This document shows, piece by piece, positions 54,924 to 64,000 of a stretch of 64,000 nucleotides of DNA; position 1 is the first letter of the stretch; each line of letters starts with the position of its first letter. The notes beneath the pieces were generated by a model, which worked only from the letters and a program-made list of their open reading frames with translations, searched no databases and had not been told where the DNA came from. Source of the stretch: a virus; IMG/VR virus record IMGVR_UViG_3300030098_005409; one strand, written 5' to 3'. The translations under genes were made by a program, and so were the position numbers.

Positions 54924-55039
54924 TTTTTGCTCTCCATGTTATCTAGCAAGTCTTCGCCCATATAGCGAATCTCGTAAACCATGACTGCCCTCATATATAA
55001 TATTTCTTGCATCACTTCTAGTAGACGAGCTTTGGACAT
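54920..55039 (-). CDS. 39-aa hypothetical (MSKARLLEVMQEILYMRAVMVYEIRYMGEDLLDNMESKK); not in track
   Basis: Starts 4 nt after the primase stop; ACTATTTA motif at 55071-55078 upstream. Confidence 0.55.
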   Translation of the reverse strand: MSKARLLEVMQEILYMRAVMVYEIRYMGEDLLDNMESKK

Positions 55040-55043
55040 AGTA

Positions 55044-55979
55044 TTACACAGACATTGCTAATGTCAACAGTAAATAGTTGTCTGGTGTGATAAGGGTCGC
55101 TTTGTCTAAACATTTTTGAAACTGATCTTTTGTCATAGACCCAACATCTTCGTTATCGCCAACGTCGACTTTCCAAACTTCGATGTCAAAATTCAGCAGA
55201 GTTCTAATGATATCCAACTCTTTCTTCTTGGCGTCCGGATCCAAAGCGATATACACCCCTGCGTCTTCCTTGACAATCTTTTGAAGCAAAGTGGAGTTCT
55301 GATTTAGTGTGGAACCAAGAAGAGGCACAGAGTTGCGTCCAGCAACGATAGCATCAAACACGCCTTCTACTAGAACAATGTCCGAACTCCAATCCACAAA
55401 CAAATCATTGAATATAATGTTTTTGCTCGCTGGTGGGTTCTTATACTTTGGATAGGCTCTCTTGTCATAAGATCGAGAGATAAAGTAATTTAGGTCGCCT
55501 TCGTCGTCAAACGACGGAATTACAACGCGGCCCTCATACTCTCCCTTGCTACAATAACCCATCTTCCACCAAACAATGTCTTGTTTCGTGATACCGCGTT
55601 TTCGGAGGTAGTTTCTAGCAGCGAAGCCGGTAGGTGGTATATCTTTGTTAGCCAAAGATACAAAGCCTTCGGGCATCTCAAGTATTTGTTTTTCTTCTAC
55701 TTTCTCGGCAAAAAGATCTTCGAGCTTGTCGTAATCAACAGTTTCTGTAATTTCACGCCACTGTGCTTTATCATGACTACTGCCGAAGCGGCGAATAACA
55801 CGATAGATATTTTTACCGCGCGTGTCGCATATCCAGCATTTGTAGTAGCCCTTAGCCACATTAACAGAAAATTTGCGCTTATGATGCTTACAGTAAGGAC
55901 AAGAAAAAAGGTGTTCATCGTTTGAACGGTAAGATACTCCGAGAACACTCGTTAGAATCTTAAGTTTCTTGCTGTCCAT
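55044..55979 (-). CDS. DNA primase (Zn finger plus TOPRIM)
   Basis: CPYC...KCWIC, VVIPSFD, RSY, KYKNP, LVEGVFDA, LDPDA. Start moved to the ATG at 55979. Confidence 0.92.
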   Translation of the reverse strand: MDSKKLKILTSVLGVSYRSNDEHLFSCPYCKHHKRKFSVNVAKGYYKCWICDTRGKNIYRVIRRFGSSHDKAQWREITETVDYDKLEDLFAEKVEEKQILEMPEGFVSLANKDIPPTGFAARNYLRKRGITKQDIVWWKMGYCSKGEYEGRVVIPSFDDEGDLNYFISRSYDKRAYPKYKNPPASKNIIFNDLFVDWSSDIVLVEGVFDAIVAGRNSVPLLGSTLNQNSTLLQKIVKEDAGVYIALDPDAKKKELDIIRTLLNFDIEVWKVDVGDNEDVGSMTKDQFQKCLDKATLITPDNYLLLTLAMSV

Positions 55980-56481
55980 TAATCCACCCCGCCTTTGCAA
56001 TCACATAACTATCCGAACGGTCAGCATAGCCGGCCTTCGGATTTCCATGTCTTGTGTATTCTATATCAAAGGAGGGTACGTTGTCAAGGACAAATTGAAG
56101 AGCGACGTCTTTTGCTTTCTGTCCCTTGGGAACCTTGATACCGCAACTCTTCCTAGCGGATGTGGCAGCAAGATACTGTGGCTCAATTCCAAAAAGATTA
56201 TAACATATCCACGAAACAATACCATTTATTTTTGACAACAGGGACAAAGTTTGTGCTGATGAAAACCCAGATCGAAAAGACTGAAGAGATTGCTCCACAT
56301 AAATGTGTTCAATAAAGTAATCGTTTCGTATCGCAGCCAAGCGACCTTCAACTGCGGAGCATTTCAGAAAGAAGTTCTTTTCTTTGCGAAGATCTATATG
56401 ATCGCAAACGACGATGTTGCCGTCGTTATCCAATATGGTGTAACCAGTGATACTGGTCGATATGTCAAGTCCTAAAATCAT
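55960..56481 (-). CDS. RuvC-like Holliday junction resolvase
   Basis: ILGLDISTSITGY, IYVEQ, DRSDSYVIA. Confidence 0.85.
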   Translation of the reverse strand: MILGLDISTSITGYTILDNDGNIVVCDHIDLRKEKNFFLKCSAVEGRLAAIRNDYFIEHIYVEQSLQSFRSGFSSAQTLSLLSKINGIVSWICYNLFGIEPQYLAATSARKSCGIKVPKGQKAKDVALQFVLDNVPSFDIEYTRHGNPKAGYADRSDSYVIAKAGWINGQQET

Positions 56482-56493
56482 ACCCGAATAATA

Positions 56494-57771
56494 TCAGATG
56501 TCAAGCTTAATCTTAAATGTGAAGTCACGGCCGACGGTTTTTTTCACTGGTGTGGCAACCTTGGCAACGCCAATGAGATTTTTGTCATCGTCGTAAATAC
56601 CAATCTTTGAAATATATGTTGTCTTCTCAAAAGATCCGGTTGGGTCTGGATATGACGAACTTACAATGTTCTTAACTTCAATGGTGTCGCTCTCTATATA
56701 CCCTTGCGAGCCAGTCGATATTAACGCTTCGGCGCCGTCAGCCAAAAATGATGGGCTATTGGAGTGGTTTAGCTCACCCTTAGGCGCATTTGCAAACATT
56801 GTAATTACTTGTGTATCGGTTGTCCCACTCATTTGCATAATATATGAGGAACTCGGTGCTGTTATGGTACCCGAGATAGACTGTGCGAAGTAAGTCCAAT
56901 TAGCGGTACTTAGCCCAACCGAACTTGTATAATAATCCTGATTCAAAGAAAGATCGGCTGAACTGGTTAGAATTAAAAACCCCTCATTGTAAAGAACGAG
57001 TCCAACTACGGAATCTGTCAAAGATGTATCACCATATGTTTGAATTAGCTCGCCATTTCTTTTAGTATCTTGTGCACGGGCGATCAACGAGCCAGTATAA
57101 TAAAATTCAAGATTGACAGACCCCTTTTTTATTTGCTTGCCATAAAATATACTTGGCATGGAAACCAAGCCTAATGAAGAACTATCAAAATCCCTGTTGT
57201 GTATTCCAGCTGTCACCGAATCCGTCGAAGACGAGTATTCAAAATGAGGTGATATATTTCTGTAATAGTTAATAGTAGTTTTGAGGGCTCGGATGTTTGA
57301 TATAGAGCCATTACTAGTAATCGCGGGTCCGGTGGCTGACTGCGCTATAACTGCGGATTCAAATCTGGCATCCGTCGCTGAGTAGAACTCTTTAGACATA
57401 GACGCCGTATATGGGTATAAACTACCAGTAACAACCTCGCCCGGAAGTTTATTAGCAAATGCTTCAGATGTGCTAGTCCTGAAATTCAATCGTGATCCGT
57501 CTTTAACAATCCACGGATAAATGATACCACGATTATCTATTCCGTCCGGACCAATTGCTCTGCCGGTGCGGCGATCCTCTCGATCAACGTTTAGTTCATA
57601 CAGAGAAACATTGCCAGCGTCTGTTAGTCTGATCGGATCGGCGGCCGCTCCGGATATATTTGGCGTATTATTGTAGTAAGCCGATCCACTATAGATTACA
57701 AATTTAACTTCTGGATATAGTCTTAGTGTATTGGTAAATACATCATTCCTTTTAAACTTGTAAAAAGACAT
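56494..57771 (-). CDS. Baseplate / fibre-attachment virion protein
   Basis: C-terminal ISKIGIYDDDKNLIGVAKVATPVKK...KLDI, paralogous to the next gene. Confidence 0.6.
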   Translation of the reverse strand: MSFYKFKRNDVFTNTLRLYPEVKFVIYSGSAYYNNTPNISGAAADPIRLTDAGNVSLYELNVDREDRRTGRAIGPDGIDNRGIIYPWIVKDGSRLNFRTSTSEAFANKLPGEVVTGSLYPYTASMSKEFYSATDARFESAVIAQSATGPAITSNGSISNIRALKTTINYYRNISPHFEYSSSTDSVTAGIHNRDFDSSSLGLVSMPSIFYGKQIKKGSVNLEFYYTGSLIARAQDTKRNGELIQTYGDTSLTDSVVGLVLYNEGFLILTSSADLSLNQDYYTSSVGLSTANWTYFAQSISGTITAPSSSYIMQMSGTTDTQVITMFANAPKGELNHSNSPSFLADGAEALISTGSQGYIESDTIEVKNIVSSSYPDPTGSFEKTTYISKIGIYDDDKNLIGVAKVATPVKKTVGRDFTFKIKLDI

Positions 57772-57789
57772 CTAGCGCCCATAACATTA

Positions 57790-58863
57790 TTAGTAATCTA
57801 ATCTTACTCTAACTGTGAACTCCGTTGTTGGATCCTTCTTAAGGGGCTCGGACAACTTGGCAACAGCCAAAAGCTCATTGTCAGGTGAGTACAATCCTAC
57901 AGTAGTAGCGTAAGACACTGGAACGTCTGCGGAGTCATTCTTGACCACCAACTTACTCGCGCTGAGATATGTTGGGTTGGCAGAATAGTTAAACTCATTG
58001 TGGTTTGCTCTGCAGAAATAAACTGTTGAATTAAGCTCAACTGAGTTGTTAAACGACATGTCATATATCCTGTGCCTGAGTTCGTCGCAGTTTAACTTAA
58101 TTGTCGATCCCGTAAGAACCTCTACGGTATCATTCCCTGTTGAATCCATACTAAACACGCTAGAAATAGATGAACTAAGTAGTCCGCTGAATACCGAGGC
58201 CGTGACGACGGCTACACCAGCTTGGTAGTATATCAAACCGGCCGGCTGCTGAGTCGAGGCTGTTACACCGTTCAAGGGCGAGCCGGCGCTATTCTCAGCG
58301 TATAAGATTCCGTATTCGCCAGCGGGCGAATTGACTTTATAAGATGTTATTCCATCATTATCCTTTAGTGTGACCCTCTGCCCGAATGGGAGGGAATATG
58401 ATGCTGAGACACCTAATTCTAATGTGAAGGATCCTTTCTTAACCTCATCCTTGGTAAGAAGTCTAGTAAAGTTAATCACATATGCTTCATTAATCTTATT
58501 ACCGCCTGCAACTAAGTTTCCATCTTCATCAAATCTTCTAATATCATTGTTCTCATCAAATCCAACGAGAACCTGAGCCATTTGGTTATAAATATTAATT
58601 TTTTTGCTATTCTGGGAATTTGAGGCTCCGGAAAGGGTAGAGGCATTAGCATAACCAGCTGATAGATCAAAAATGTGATTGGCGGAAGAACTCAAATAAG
58701 GATAATCATAAACAGACTGAAATATGCCATGTGAAAAGTTTTTGATATTTTCGTCTGCGTAAGTTCCCGACACTATCGCACCCGTAATAGGAATAGCCTC
58801 GTGAAGAAGGTTCCTGGTAGAGATTACATCTTTTGCATTTAAAGTTTTGAAAGTAGTAGCCAT
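57790..58863 (-). CDS. Baseplate / fibre-attachment virion protein
   Basis: C-terminal TTVGLYSPDNELLAVAKLSEPLKK...RLDY. Confidence 0.6.
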   Translation of the reverse strand: MATTFKTLNAKDVISTRNLLHEAIPITGAIVSGTYADENIKNFSHGIFQSVYDYPYLSSSANHIFDLSAGYANASTLSGASNSQNSKKINIYNQMAQVLVGFDENNDIRRFDEDGNLVAGGNKINEAYVINFTRLLTKDEVKKGSFTLELGVSASYSLPFGQRVTLKDNDGITSYKVNSPAGEYGILYAENSAGSPLNGVTASTQQPAGLIYYQAGVAVVTASVFSGLLSSSISSVFSMDSTGNDTVEVLTGSTIKLNCDELRHRIYDMSFNNSVELNSTVYFCRANHNEFNYSANPTYLSASKLVVKNDSADVPVSYATTVGLYSPDNELLAVAKLSEPLKKDPTTEFTVRVRLDY

Positions 58864-58878
58864 TTTATATTCCTATAC

Positions 58879-59838
58879 CTATACCGATTTAATAAATCTA
58901 ATTGGGACGTCTACACGATACCCGGTGTTAACACCTGTTACTCGAACAGTTGAATCAATAAATCTCCACTGATTTGCTGATAGATCGTTTCCTGCTGGAT
59001 TAGAGAAGACCGTTGTTGCCAAAGAGCCTATCTGTGTGAAAAGAAAATCACTGGTTCGAAGGTCCAACGAGGACCCAACTCTAAACTGGAATCTTGTGCC
59101 TCTTGGTCCTGAGATTGATGATTCTGTTGTGCCACCTAGGTTTGTAACATAGCCCGCTCCTGCAGTCAAGTTAAAGAAATAAGAAGCAATACTATCATCA
59201 TCAATAAACGAGGGGGTTGCGCCCGGTACCGCTGTATCGGTGGATAATGCTGTGTTGGTAGTCGTTGGAGAAGATGGTGGTGGGAATATCTGACCCAATC
59301 TATTATCTAACTCTACGATGTACTGAGTTTCTATCAAATCTCTAGCTAGTGTCTCTTCACTTGAGACCTCAGTTGTGTCTAAACCCTGATCTGTGGCGAT
59401 ATGTGATATATCATCATTTGGCTTGTAACCATTTAAAACACCCTCTGAAAGGGTGCCCAAGTTATCAACTGTGGTTTTGTCGACCGGAATAACGAAAGTC
59501 CCGGAAGAGTGCTTTGCTGACCCCTGACCGGCAGTCGTAAACAGCTTGACAACCGGAAGATAAAGCAAATCATTTCGGTTAACTGTCAAAAGCTTTGACT
59601 TCATAAGAGAGGTATTATTAGTAAAAGCTTCTAAAACCGGTGATTGAAGGATTGTAATATCGTAATACGCGGAGCCGCTAGCGTTGTTTTTATCGTATAG
59701 CCCATAATCAATTTCATCATCGCCTAAAGCGAATTTCGAAATCCTAAAGGTACCATCGCCCTTTGCTAATCGCATCCTGCCTGTGTCTGTTAATACGGCG
59801 TCCAATATAATGTCGCCTGAGTTGTCTAGAAATCCCAT
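58879..59838 (-). CDS. Putative virion (baseplate wedge-region) protein
   Basis: MGFLDNSGDIILDAVLTDTGR...KFALGDDEIDY; late motif upstream. Confidence 0.55.
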   Translation of the reverse strand: MGFLDNSGDIILDAVLTDTGRMRLAKGDGTFRISKFALGDDEIDYGLYDKNNASGSAYYDITILQSPVLEAFTNNTSLMKSKLLTVNRNDLLYLPVVKLFTTAGQGSAKHSSGTFVIPVDKTTVDNLGTLSEGVLNGYKPNDDISHIATDQGLDTTEVSSEETLARDLIETQYIVELDNRLGQIFPPPSSPTTTNTALSTDTAVPGATPSFIDDDSIASYFFNLTAGAGYVTNLGGTTESSISGPRGTRFQFRVGSSLDLRTSDFLFTQIGSLATTVFSNPAGNDLSANQWRFIDSTVRVTGVNTGYRVDVPIRFIKSV

Positions 59839-59857
59839 GTGTTTACCTCTCGTTATT

Positions 59858-59865
59858 TAAATAGT
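59858..59865 (-). promoter_or_regulatory. ACTATTTA motif
   Basis: About 20 nt upstream of 59838. Confidence 0.55.
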
Positions 59866-59884
59866 TGTATGTTTTAAATAAATC

Positions 59885-61183
59885 CTATGGAGTTATAACT
59901 CCAGTGTTTTTGAATGTGACGTTTAAGTCTACTTTTCTGCCTGTCTTTTTACTTGTCACTCTAATTTTCAACGTCTTATCCCAACAATCAGCATCAATAT
60001 TGCCGGCATCGGTCAGGGTTACTTGGTCTAAAATATTATTTCCTGGCAATGTGCTAGTGGTAGCTGTTTGACTTATCGGAGTAGTATATTGCAAGTTGCG
60101 AAGCGAGGGCTCGATATAAACATACCTTCTACCTGATTTAGTTTTGATTTTTTGATCTGTTATGTTTTCTAAGTAAATAGTCTTTAGTATCAGATAAACC
60201 TGCCCCTCATTGTCAACAAGCTCAGCTTCAAAAATGTGGGTTGGGTTTGAAAAATTGTTATGTACATCAATCGCTCTTACACAATAATAGTATTTTGTAT
60301 TTGGAATAACTTTATCAATTAAGTGCGCTCCAGACGCTCTCTTGTCTATCGTTATTCTGCCACTAATAATCTTATGGGGGGCGCCGCTTACAGCAAAATC
60401 TGTGTAGGAGTTAGGTTTCGTTGTCGTTCTAAAAATCTCATATCTATCGATAGGATCATCGTTCTTGTAAGTTATGCGTAGCTTACCATTCTCAATCAAC
60501 TCTTCTAGAGTTACATCCGTTGCTAAAGTGTTTCCTTGCGCCACATATTGATTAATAATGGCATCTCGATCTGTTTCTTTAATAATTACTGGAGTTGTTG
60601 TGTATTCGCCAGTGCTAGAGTTTAGTAGCAAAAGAAGCCGATTGCTAACTCCACTGTACGGAACAATCCTAAAATCTGGGGGTACCGGAGGATTATCAAG
60701 TATTGTGCTAATGTGCGATGAATAAGGTATGACCGCGGCGCGGGCATCAAGGTCTGACTTAATCGTTGCCACGCCGCGAGGGACAATCCCCGCGTTCTGA
60801 AGGTCGGCTACCTCAAATCCATGCGGACCGGTCTTAAACTTAATCTTAAAAGTGTTCAGCCCCCCGTAAACTACATCTTGGCCCTCGTGGAAGACTGCCT
60901 GAATATAGTATCTTAAGTTAAAGTTGTTTTTGGTCCGATTGTCGTTATAGTACCCACCGAGTGTTTTAGCGTAAATATAGTACAAGGGGTATGCCTCCCC
61001 GGGGTTGTTAGCAGCTCGGTATGTGTTTTCAAACAAATTATTGATATCGTCAACGAACTGTTGAACTGAAATTACAGAATCATAATTATACTGTAGCGGA
61101 CCAAAGGAAAACTCTACAACAGTACCATCGTTGTATTCCTCTTCCATATCAAACCACCATTCAGTTTTTACGGGACTTACCAT
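59885..61183 (-). CDS. Putative virion protein with Fn3-like domain
   Basis: YEIFR...DKVIPNTKYYYCVRAIDVHNNFSNP. Confidence 0.55.
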   Translation of the reverse strand: MVSPVKTEWWFDMEEEYNDGTVVEFSFGPLQYNYDSVISVQQFVDDINNLFENTYRAANNPGEAYPLYYIYAKTLGGYYNDNRTKNNFNLRYYIQAVFHEGQDVVYGGLNTFKIKFKTGPHGFEVADLQNAGIVPRGVATIKSDLDARAAVIPYSSHISTILDNPPVPPDFRIVPYSGVSNRLLLLLNSSTGEYTTTPVIIKETDRDAIINQYVAQGNTLATDVTLEELIENGKLRITYKNDDPIDRYEIFRTTTKPNSYTDFAVSGAPHKIISGRITIDKRASGAHLIDKVIPNTKYYYCVRAIDVHNNFSNPTHIFEAELVDNEGQVYLILKTIYLENITDQKIKTKSGRRYVYIEPSLRNLQYTTPISQTATTSTLPGNNILDQVTLTDAGNIDADCWDKTLKIRVTSKKTGRKVDLNVTFKNTGVITP

Positions 61184-61192
61184 TATAACTCC

Positions 61193-63979
61193 TTATCCTA
61201 TCAATCCATTAATGAGCAGGTTATTAATTAAATTTAAATTAGCACCCGCATCCTCAACCGCGACATTCCCTGCTGCCATATTGTTGCCGGCATCATCTAC
61301 AACATTATTTCCTGTAGAGAAATCACCATAAGCCATGTTGCCCACATTACCAGCAGCATTGTTTGAAGCGCCAGCGGCATTGTTGACTCCAGTGTTGAGG
61401 AGTTCTTGAGCAATTTCAAATGCATCATTAATCGGGGGTCCGACCCCGCCAAATCCTCCGACTGCTCCCGGTGTGAGGGTCGAGTCGTGGGAGAAGATGA
61501 ACTCCTCCAAGAGGTTTTCCTGGCCAGGGGGTCCTTGTTGAAGTCCGACTACGATTTCTGCCTCTCCTGCTTGAATCAAGATATTCTCGGCCTCTTGGGC
61601 TCCTGTAATCTCTTCAATGGAGTCTTCTATGCCCTCATCAATCGCATCCCCTATAGGATCATCTTCAGGGCCGAGGAAGTCACCGACTGGGGGGCAATCC
61701 TCCTCCTCTGGTAATTCACTCAACGGTCCATATATATTCAGTGCGGTTGTGGGCATGGCGCCGCCAGAGTTATTTCCATCAAATCCGGGTCCATATTTTA
61801 TTCGTAGTGGTAATAAACTCAAGTCAGTTTCAACTATTTGTCTAGAGTTTTGATAAGCACCTAGTGTATATGTTGTGTCTGTTCGAACACCAAAAATCTG
61901 ATCGATGTAATAGGCTGCGGCAGGGTCACCTGACGGATACACTTTGTAAACATAATTACCCTGTAATCCTGACGGCGGTACTGCGCCGGGTTCCTCATCC
62001 TCCGGGGTGTATTGAAAACCATTCAGGTTATTAGAAATTGCGAAGGTCTCTGTTGCCTGGAACGCAGCCGCCTCCTCAGCATAAATTCCCAAGGCGTTAG
62101 CTAGGGCGCGTCCTTGCCCGACAGCGCCAGAGTTAGCAATAGTAACTACACTATCATAATAGTAACTTTCACCAATGATCATGCGAATTTGTTTAATATC
62201 GTACTGATACCTGACACCGTATTTTATCTGCGTGTCGTAGTATACGGCGCCTTTTTGGTTGTATACAATGTCTCGTCCAAAAAACAGTCGCTGCACAACT
62301 GGTTCTGTGGCTGCAGCCGAAGTTTGTCCTGCCGGTACGACTCTTTTCTCAACAACATACATAATTGCCTCAGAGTTGTGTATTGCGAGGTTCCTATGAA
62401 CAGGGAAAAAGCTCCTTCGGTAATCAGCAATTATGTTTAGCGCCTGCGTGATATCAGCTGTTGTAAGAGCGTTAAACCAATTGGTATAGAACGCCGCCAG
62501 AGGGGTGGGTGTGGTAGAGTCCTCCTTGGGAGCGGTGACAAGAGATGCTCCCAACTCTGTAGAAGCACCTGTTGCAAAATCTTGTGAACTAAACCCCGGA
62601 TTAGCGGACTGAAGCAATCCACTAATAAAGTCAAACGGTCCACCTTGCGTCTGCATACCATCGAGAGCCTGTAAGAAATCTTCTAAAACAGCATCTATTC
62701 TTAACGGAAGTGATATCTGCAAGTTGTTTGCAATAACTTGGTTGTTTTCAGTTGTATCATATATAGTAAAAGGTACGGTAGGCGGCTGTTGGGCGTTACC
62801 CAACTTAAATTCTTTTATGATCAATAATTCTAAAGTTAATAAAAGTCCCCGGGTAAAAACTGAACTCATCCCAGACTTTAATGCCTCTATGACCGATACC
62901 GAACCTTGGACCATATCCCACTGGTTATCATAAGGTATGGTAATCTTGTTGTAGAAGGGATATGTGTCAACGGCTGCCAAATCATCCGACTCGTCATCAG
63001 TTCCTCGGTTGTCTCTGGCTATGTTATTTATATCCGTTAGCGTGCTAAAGGAAATATCGCGGCTTAACACCGCCACATTTCCATAATTTTCAGTATAGCT
63101 CTGGTTCAGTATTGATACCTTGTTACAATAAAATTGAAAATATCCTTGAGAATTAGTTTGATTTTCAGTTATGTCCGACCCACTCAGGCTCCCAGCTAAC
63201 ACATCTTTGTATTCGCTTGTTGTGACTTCTTCTCCAAGGGCAAATGGAACATACGCTGTCGGAATAGAATCCCCTGGGACGTCCGAAAGCAGTGTCGAAA
63301 TCTCAACATGGTAAAAGTTTGGTATTAAAGTCTCTGATAGACTTGAGATGGCTGCTTCGTAATCGGGGCTTGTGTCTAAAAACCGGTTGTATTTAGGCTC
63401 TATTTCAATATTGTATCCTGACGCCGGCGCTTGTGGGTCATAGTGGTCATATGTAAACTTATGACTTAGTATCGGATTACCGGAACCAGCAGGTGCTTGT
63501 GCCATTAGAGGTAATGTATTTTGAGTAGCGCCAGCCATTCTAGCATCTGTAGTCAGTAGACCGTAAGGTGCCTCGTTGTTAGCCGGTAAGTTTTGAGGGT
63601 TTACAGAGAAATACTTTTCAAAGTAAGGAACGCCCGCAACGTTAGTATCCGGATTGTCCTGGTTTAGAAGATTGTTTACTTCGACTGGTCCATCGATATT
63701 GCCAGCATTCCAGGCATCTTCAAAAAACGTTAACGTAACAACGTGAGTTTTTGTGTCTTTTGAATAGGCTCCTGGAGTTGTTTGGTAGTAGCCACCCATC
63801 AGGCTCTTGCGAAAGGGATGACTTACAATCCCATCAAACTGAACGTTCGCGTTAACCTCTAAGTTGCCGTTTTCCGCATTTGTCCGCAATGCTGGAACAT
63901 CTCCCTGGGCATCTCTAAGTCGATCAGCCGATTTCCAGTCACTCCGAATTAAAGGGTGGAGTTGGAACTCGCCTCTCAT
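61193..63979 (-). CDS. Large putative virion protein with Fn3-like segment; may begin beyond the window
   Basis: YYDTQIKYGVRYQYDI. The frame is open from 63979 to the window edge (GLNEDER), so the start is uncertain. Confidence 0.55.
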   Translation of the reverse strand: MRGEFQLHPLIRSDWKSADRLRDAQGDVPALRTNAENGNLEVNANVQFDGIVSHPFRKSLMGGYYQTTPGAYSKDTKTHVVTLTFFEDAWNAGNIDGPVEVNNLLNQDNPDTNVAGVPYFEKYFSVNPQNLPANNEAPYGLLTTDARMAGATQNTLPLMAQAPAGSGNPILSHKFTYDHYDPQAPASGYNIEIEPKYNRFLDTSPDYEAAISSLSETLIPNFYHVEISTLLSDVPGDSIPTAYVPFALGEEVTTSEYKDVLAGSLSGSDITENQTNSQGYFQFYCNKVSILNQSYTENYGNVAVLSRDISFSTLTDINNIARDNRGTDDESDDLAAVDTYPFYNKITIPYDNQWDMVQGSVSVIEALKSGMSSVFTRGLLLTLELLIIKEFKLGNAQQPPTVPFTIYDTTENNQVIANNLQISLPLRIDAVLEDFLQALDGMQTQGGPFDFISGLLQSANPGFSSQDFATGASTELGASLVTAPKEDSTTPTPLAAFYTNWFNALTTADITQALNIIADYRRSFFPVHRNLAIHNSEAIMYVVEKRVVPAGQTSAAATEPVVQRLFFGRDIVYNQKGAVYYDTQIKYGVRYQYDIKQIRMIIGESYYYDSVVTIANSGAVGQGRALANALGIYAEEAAAFQATETFAISNNLNGFQYTPEDEEPGAVPPSGLQGNYVYKVYPSGDPAAAYYIDQIFGVRTDTTYTLGAYQNSRQIVETDLSLLPLRIKYGPGFDGNNSGGAMPTTALNIYGPLSELPEEEDCPPVGDFLGPEDDPIGDAIDEGIEDSIEEITGAQEAENILIQAGEAEIVVGLQQGPPGQENLLEEFIFSHDSTLTPGAVGGFGGVGPPINDAFEIAQELLNTGVNNAAGASNNAAGNVGNMAYGDFSTGNNVVDDAGNNMAAGNVAVEDAGANLNLINNLLINGLIG

Positions 63980-64000
63980 GCGCTCATCTTCATTAAGCCC

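Noticed and set aside
8560-56468. Other TTGACA hexamers (plus strand 8560; minus strand 56468 and about 55068)
   Set aside because: No acceptable -10 box at 16-18 nt spacing.
41932-60181. ACTATTTA hits inside coding sequence at 41932 and 60174
   Set aside because: Both are far from a start codon and explainable by codons; not counted as promoters.
139-62933. Numerous plus-strand and nested minus-strand ORFs in the supplied track (e.g. 663-1043, 42180-42854, 41254-41838, 49691-50014)
   Set aside because: They are shadows of long genes with recognisable motifs, show no family motifs, and have compositions expected from antisense or alternate frames.
1-64000. Alternative genetic code (stop-codon reassignment)
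   Set aside because: Conserved genes are full-length in code 11, TAA, TAG and TGA all end genes at sensible positions, and coding density is near complete.

Overview
A 64-kb segment of a large lytic tailed phage (contractile-tailed myovirus with T4-like head, tail and replication modules, probably a jumbo phage), read in genetic code 11. All but one gene lie on the minus strand. Layout: 1-11006 nucleotide metabolism and replication (IscA-type Fe-S carrier, class II RNR, DnaB/gp41 helicase, 5'-3' exonuclease, RecA/UvsX, Hc1-like protein, gp32-like SSB, divergent tubulin/FtsZ-like protein, MazG-like pyrophosphatase, exonuclease-less PolA core); 11016-26875 baseplate, tape measure, tube, sheath and neck; 26966-47705 capsid, scaffold, fibres, duplicated head-closure gene, ribosomal protein bS21, prohead protease, putative internal head proteins, portal and terminase; 48634-50474 candidate lysis genes and a divergent J-domain gene; 50539-56481 fused SbcCD, primase and RuvC; 56494-64000 baseplate/fibre-attachment proteins. 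Re-reading the gaps found seven small ORFs missing from the supplied track, including two Cys-cluster micropeptides and an Asp-repeat lipoprotein. It also found sigma70-type promoters before replication genes, a CTATTTA motif before virion genes, and a two-copy hairpin with compensatory base changes. All product calls come from motif recognition by eye; no database search was run.
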